Positions 63,391 to 64,000 of a stretch of 64,000 nt of DNA are shown here, one piece after another. The stretch is from NCBI RefSeq assembly GCF_004010195.1, contig NC_057718.1:60134137-60198136 (forward strand), written 5' to 3'. The position numbers and the translations under genes are program-made. Source of the stretch: Chiloscyllium plagiosum (lineage: Eukaryota). The notes below the pieces were generated by a model that was not told where the DNA came from, made no database searches, and worked only from the letters and a program-made list of their open reading frames with translations. Within the stretch, counting starts at the first letter, position 1. Every line of letters starts with the position of its first letter.

Positions 63391-64000
63391 TTTCTTTTAA
63401 TTATCATCTTATAGCTGATGTTTTCAATTTCACTGTGGCACAATGACTACATGGAAAATCAGACAATGATCTTACAAACTTGGCTTGTGGCCTGGTAGTC
63501 TCAGACTGTCACCATTACGGAGAATTCAGGGTCCCACAACACCTTAGTAATCTGTTCTTTAAAAGATAATGGATTTAGAAGGAATGCAGAGTTGTTCTGG
63601 GAAATATTAGTGTCTCCGTGAAGCATGAACCTGCTGTTTTCTCTCAGTATGCTGCTACTCCTTGTCTCCACCACTGTCACTCTGCCAGTGCCCTTGTTGT
63701 AACCTGTCAGCCATCCCATGTTATTGCAGCCCATGCTATAATGGCACCTATAGTTTACTGCAGAGTCACTGACAGTCTCACAACCTTCCACAGACACTGA
63801 GGTCACACTACATAGAGCAATAAGAGAACTAAAGAAACATGCAATATTAAGAAAATACATGAGAATGAATAGTTGAATATTGTGGAATACCAGATAATCT
63901 TTTGAATTTAGTTGATAAGGAATGGTTTTGTGGTAAGTAACTTCCAGAATGTAATGAAGAGGATACTATGACGATCCATATGAGTAAACAGTTTAGGTGT

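Overview
Eukaryotic, repeat-dominated non-coding window (intronic or intergenic) with one 735-nt assembly gap. The HE1-type tRNA-derived SINEs and HER1/CR1 LINEs with (CTATGACT)n tails point to an elasmobranch (shark) genome; this is inferred from repeat families. No intact host protein-coding gene is recognisable, and the long ORFs in the track are retroelement fragments. Contents: many nested CR1/HER1 LINE pieces, one carrying an SGNH-esterase-like ORF1; six HE1 SINEs; a decayed Harbinger transposon (Myb/SANT gene convergent with a HARBI1-like transposase); two related LTRs; three Ty3/Gypsy remnants, one with a tRNA-Pro primer-binding site; and an internally inverted Penelope element. Most notable: (i) minimal hammerhead-ribozyme cores in the Penelope terminus and in two families of short, often fold-back, TSD-flanked insertions; (ii) an unexplained perfect 45-bp inverted repeat at 56882-56926/57395-57439 with no target-site duplication; (iii) non-coding, GC-rich, AATAAA/microsatellite-tailed elements. 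All calls were made by eye and boundaries of old repeats are approximate.
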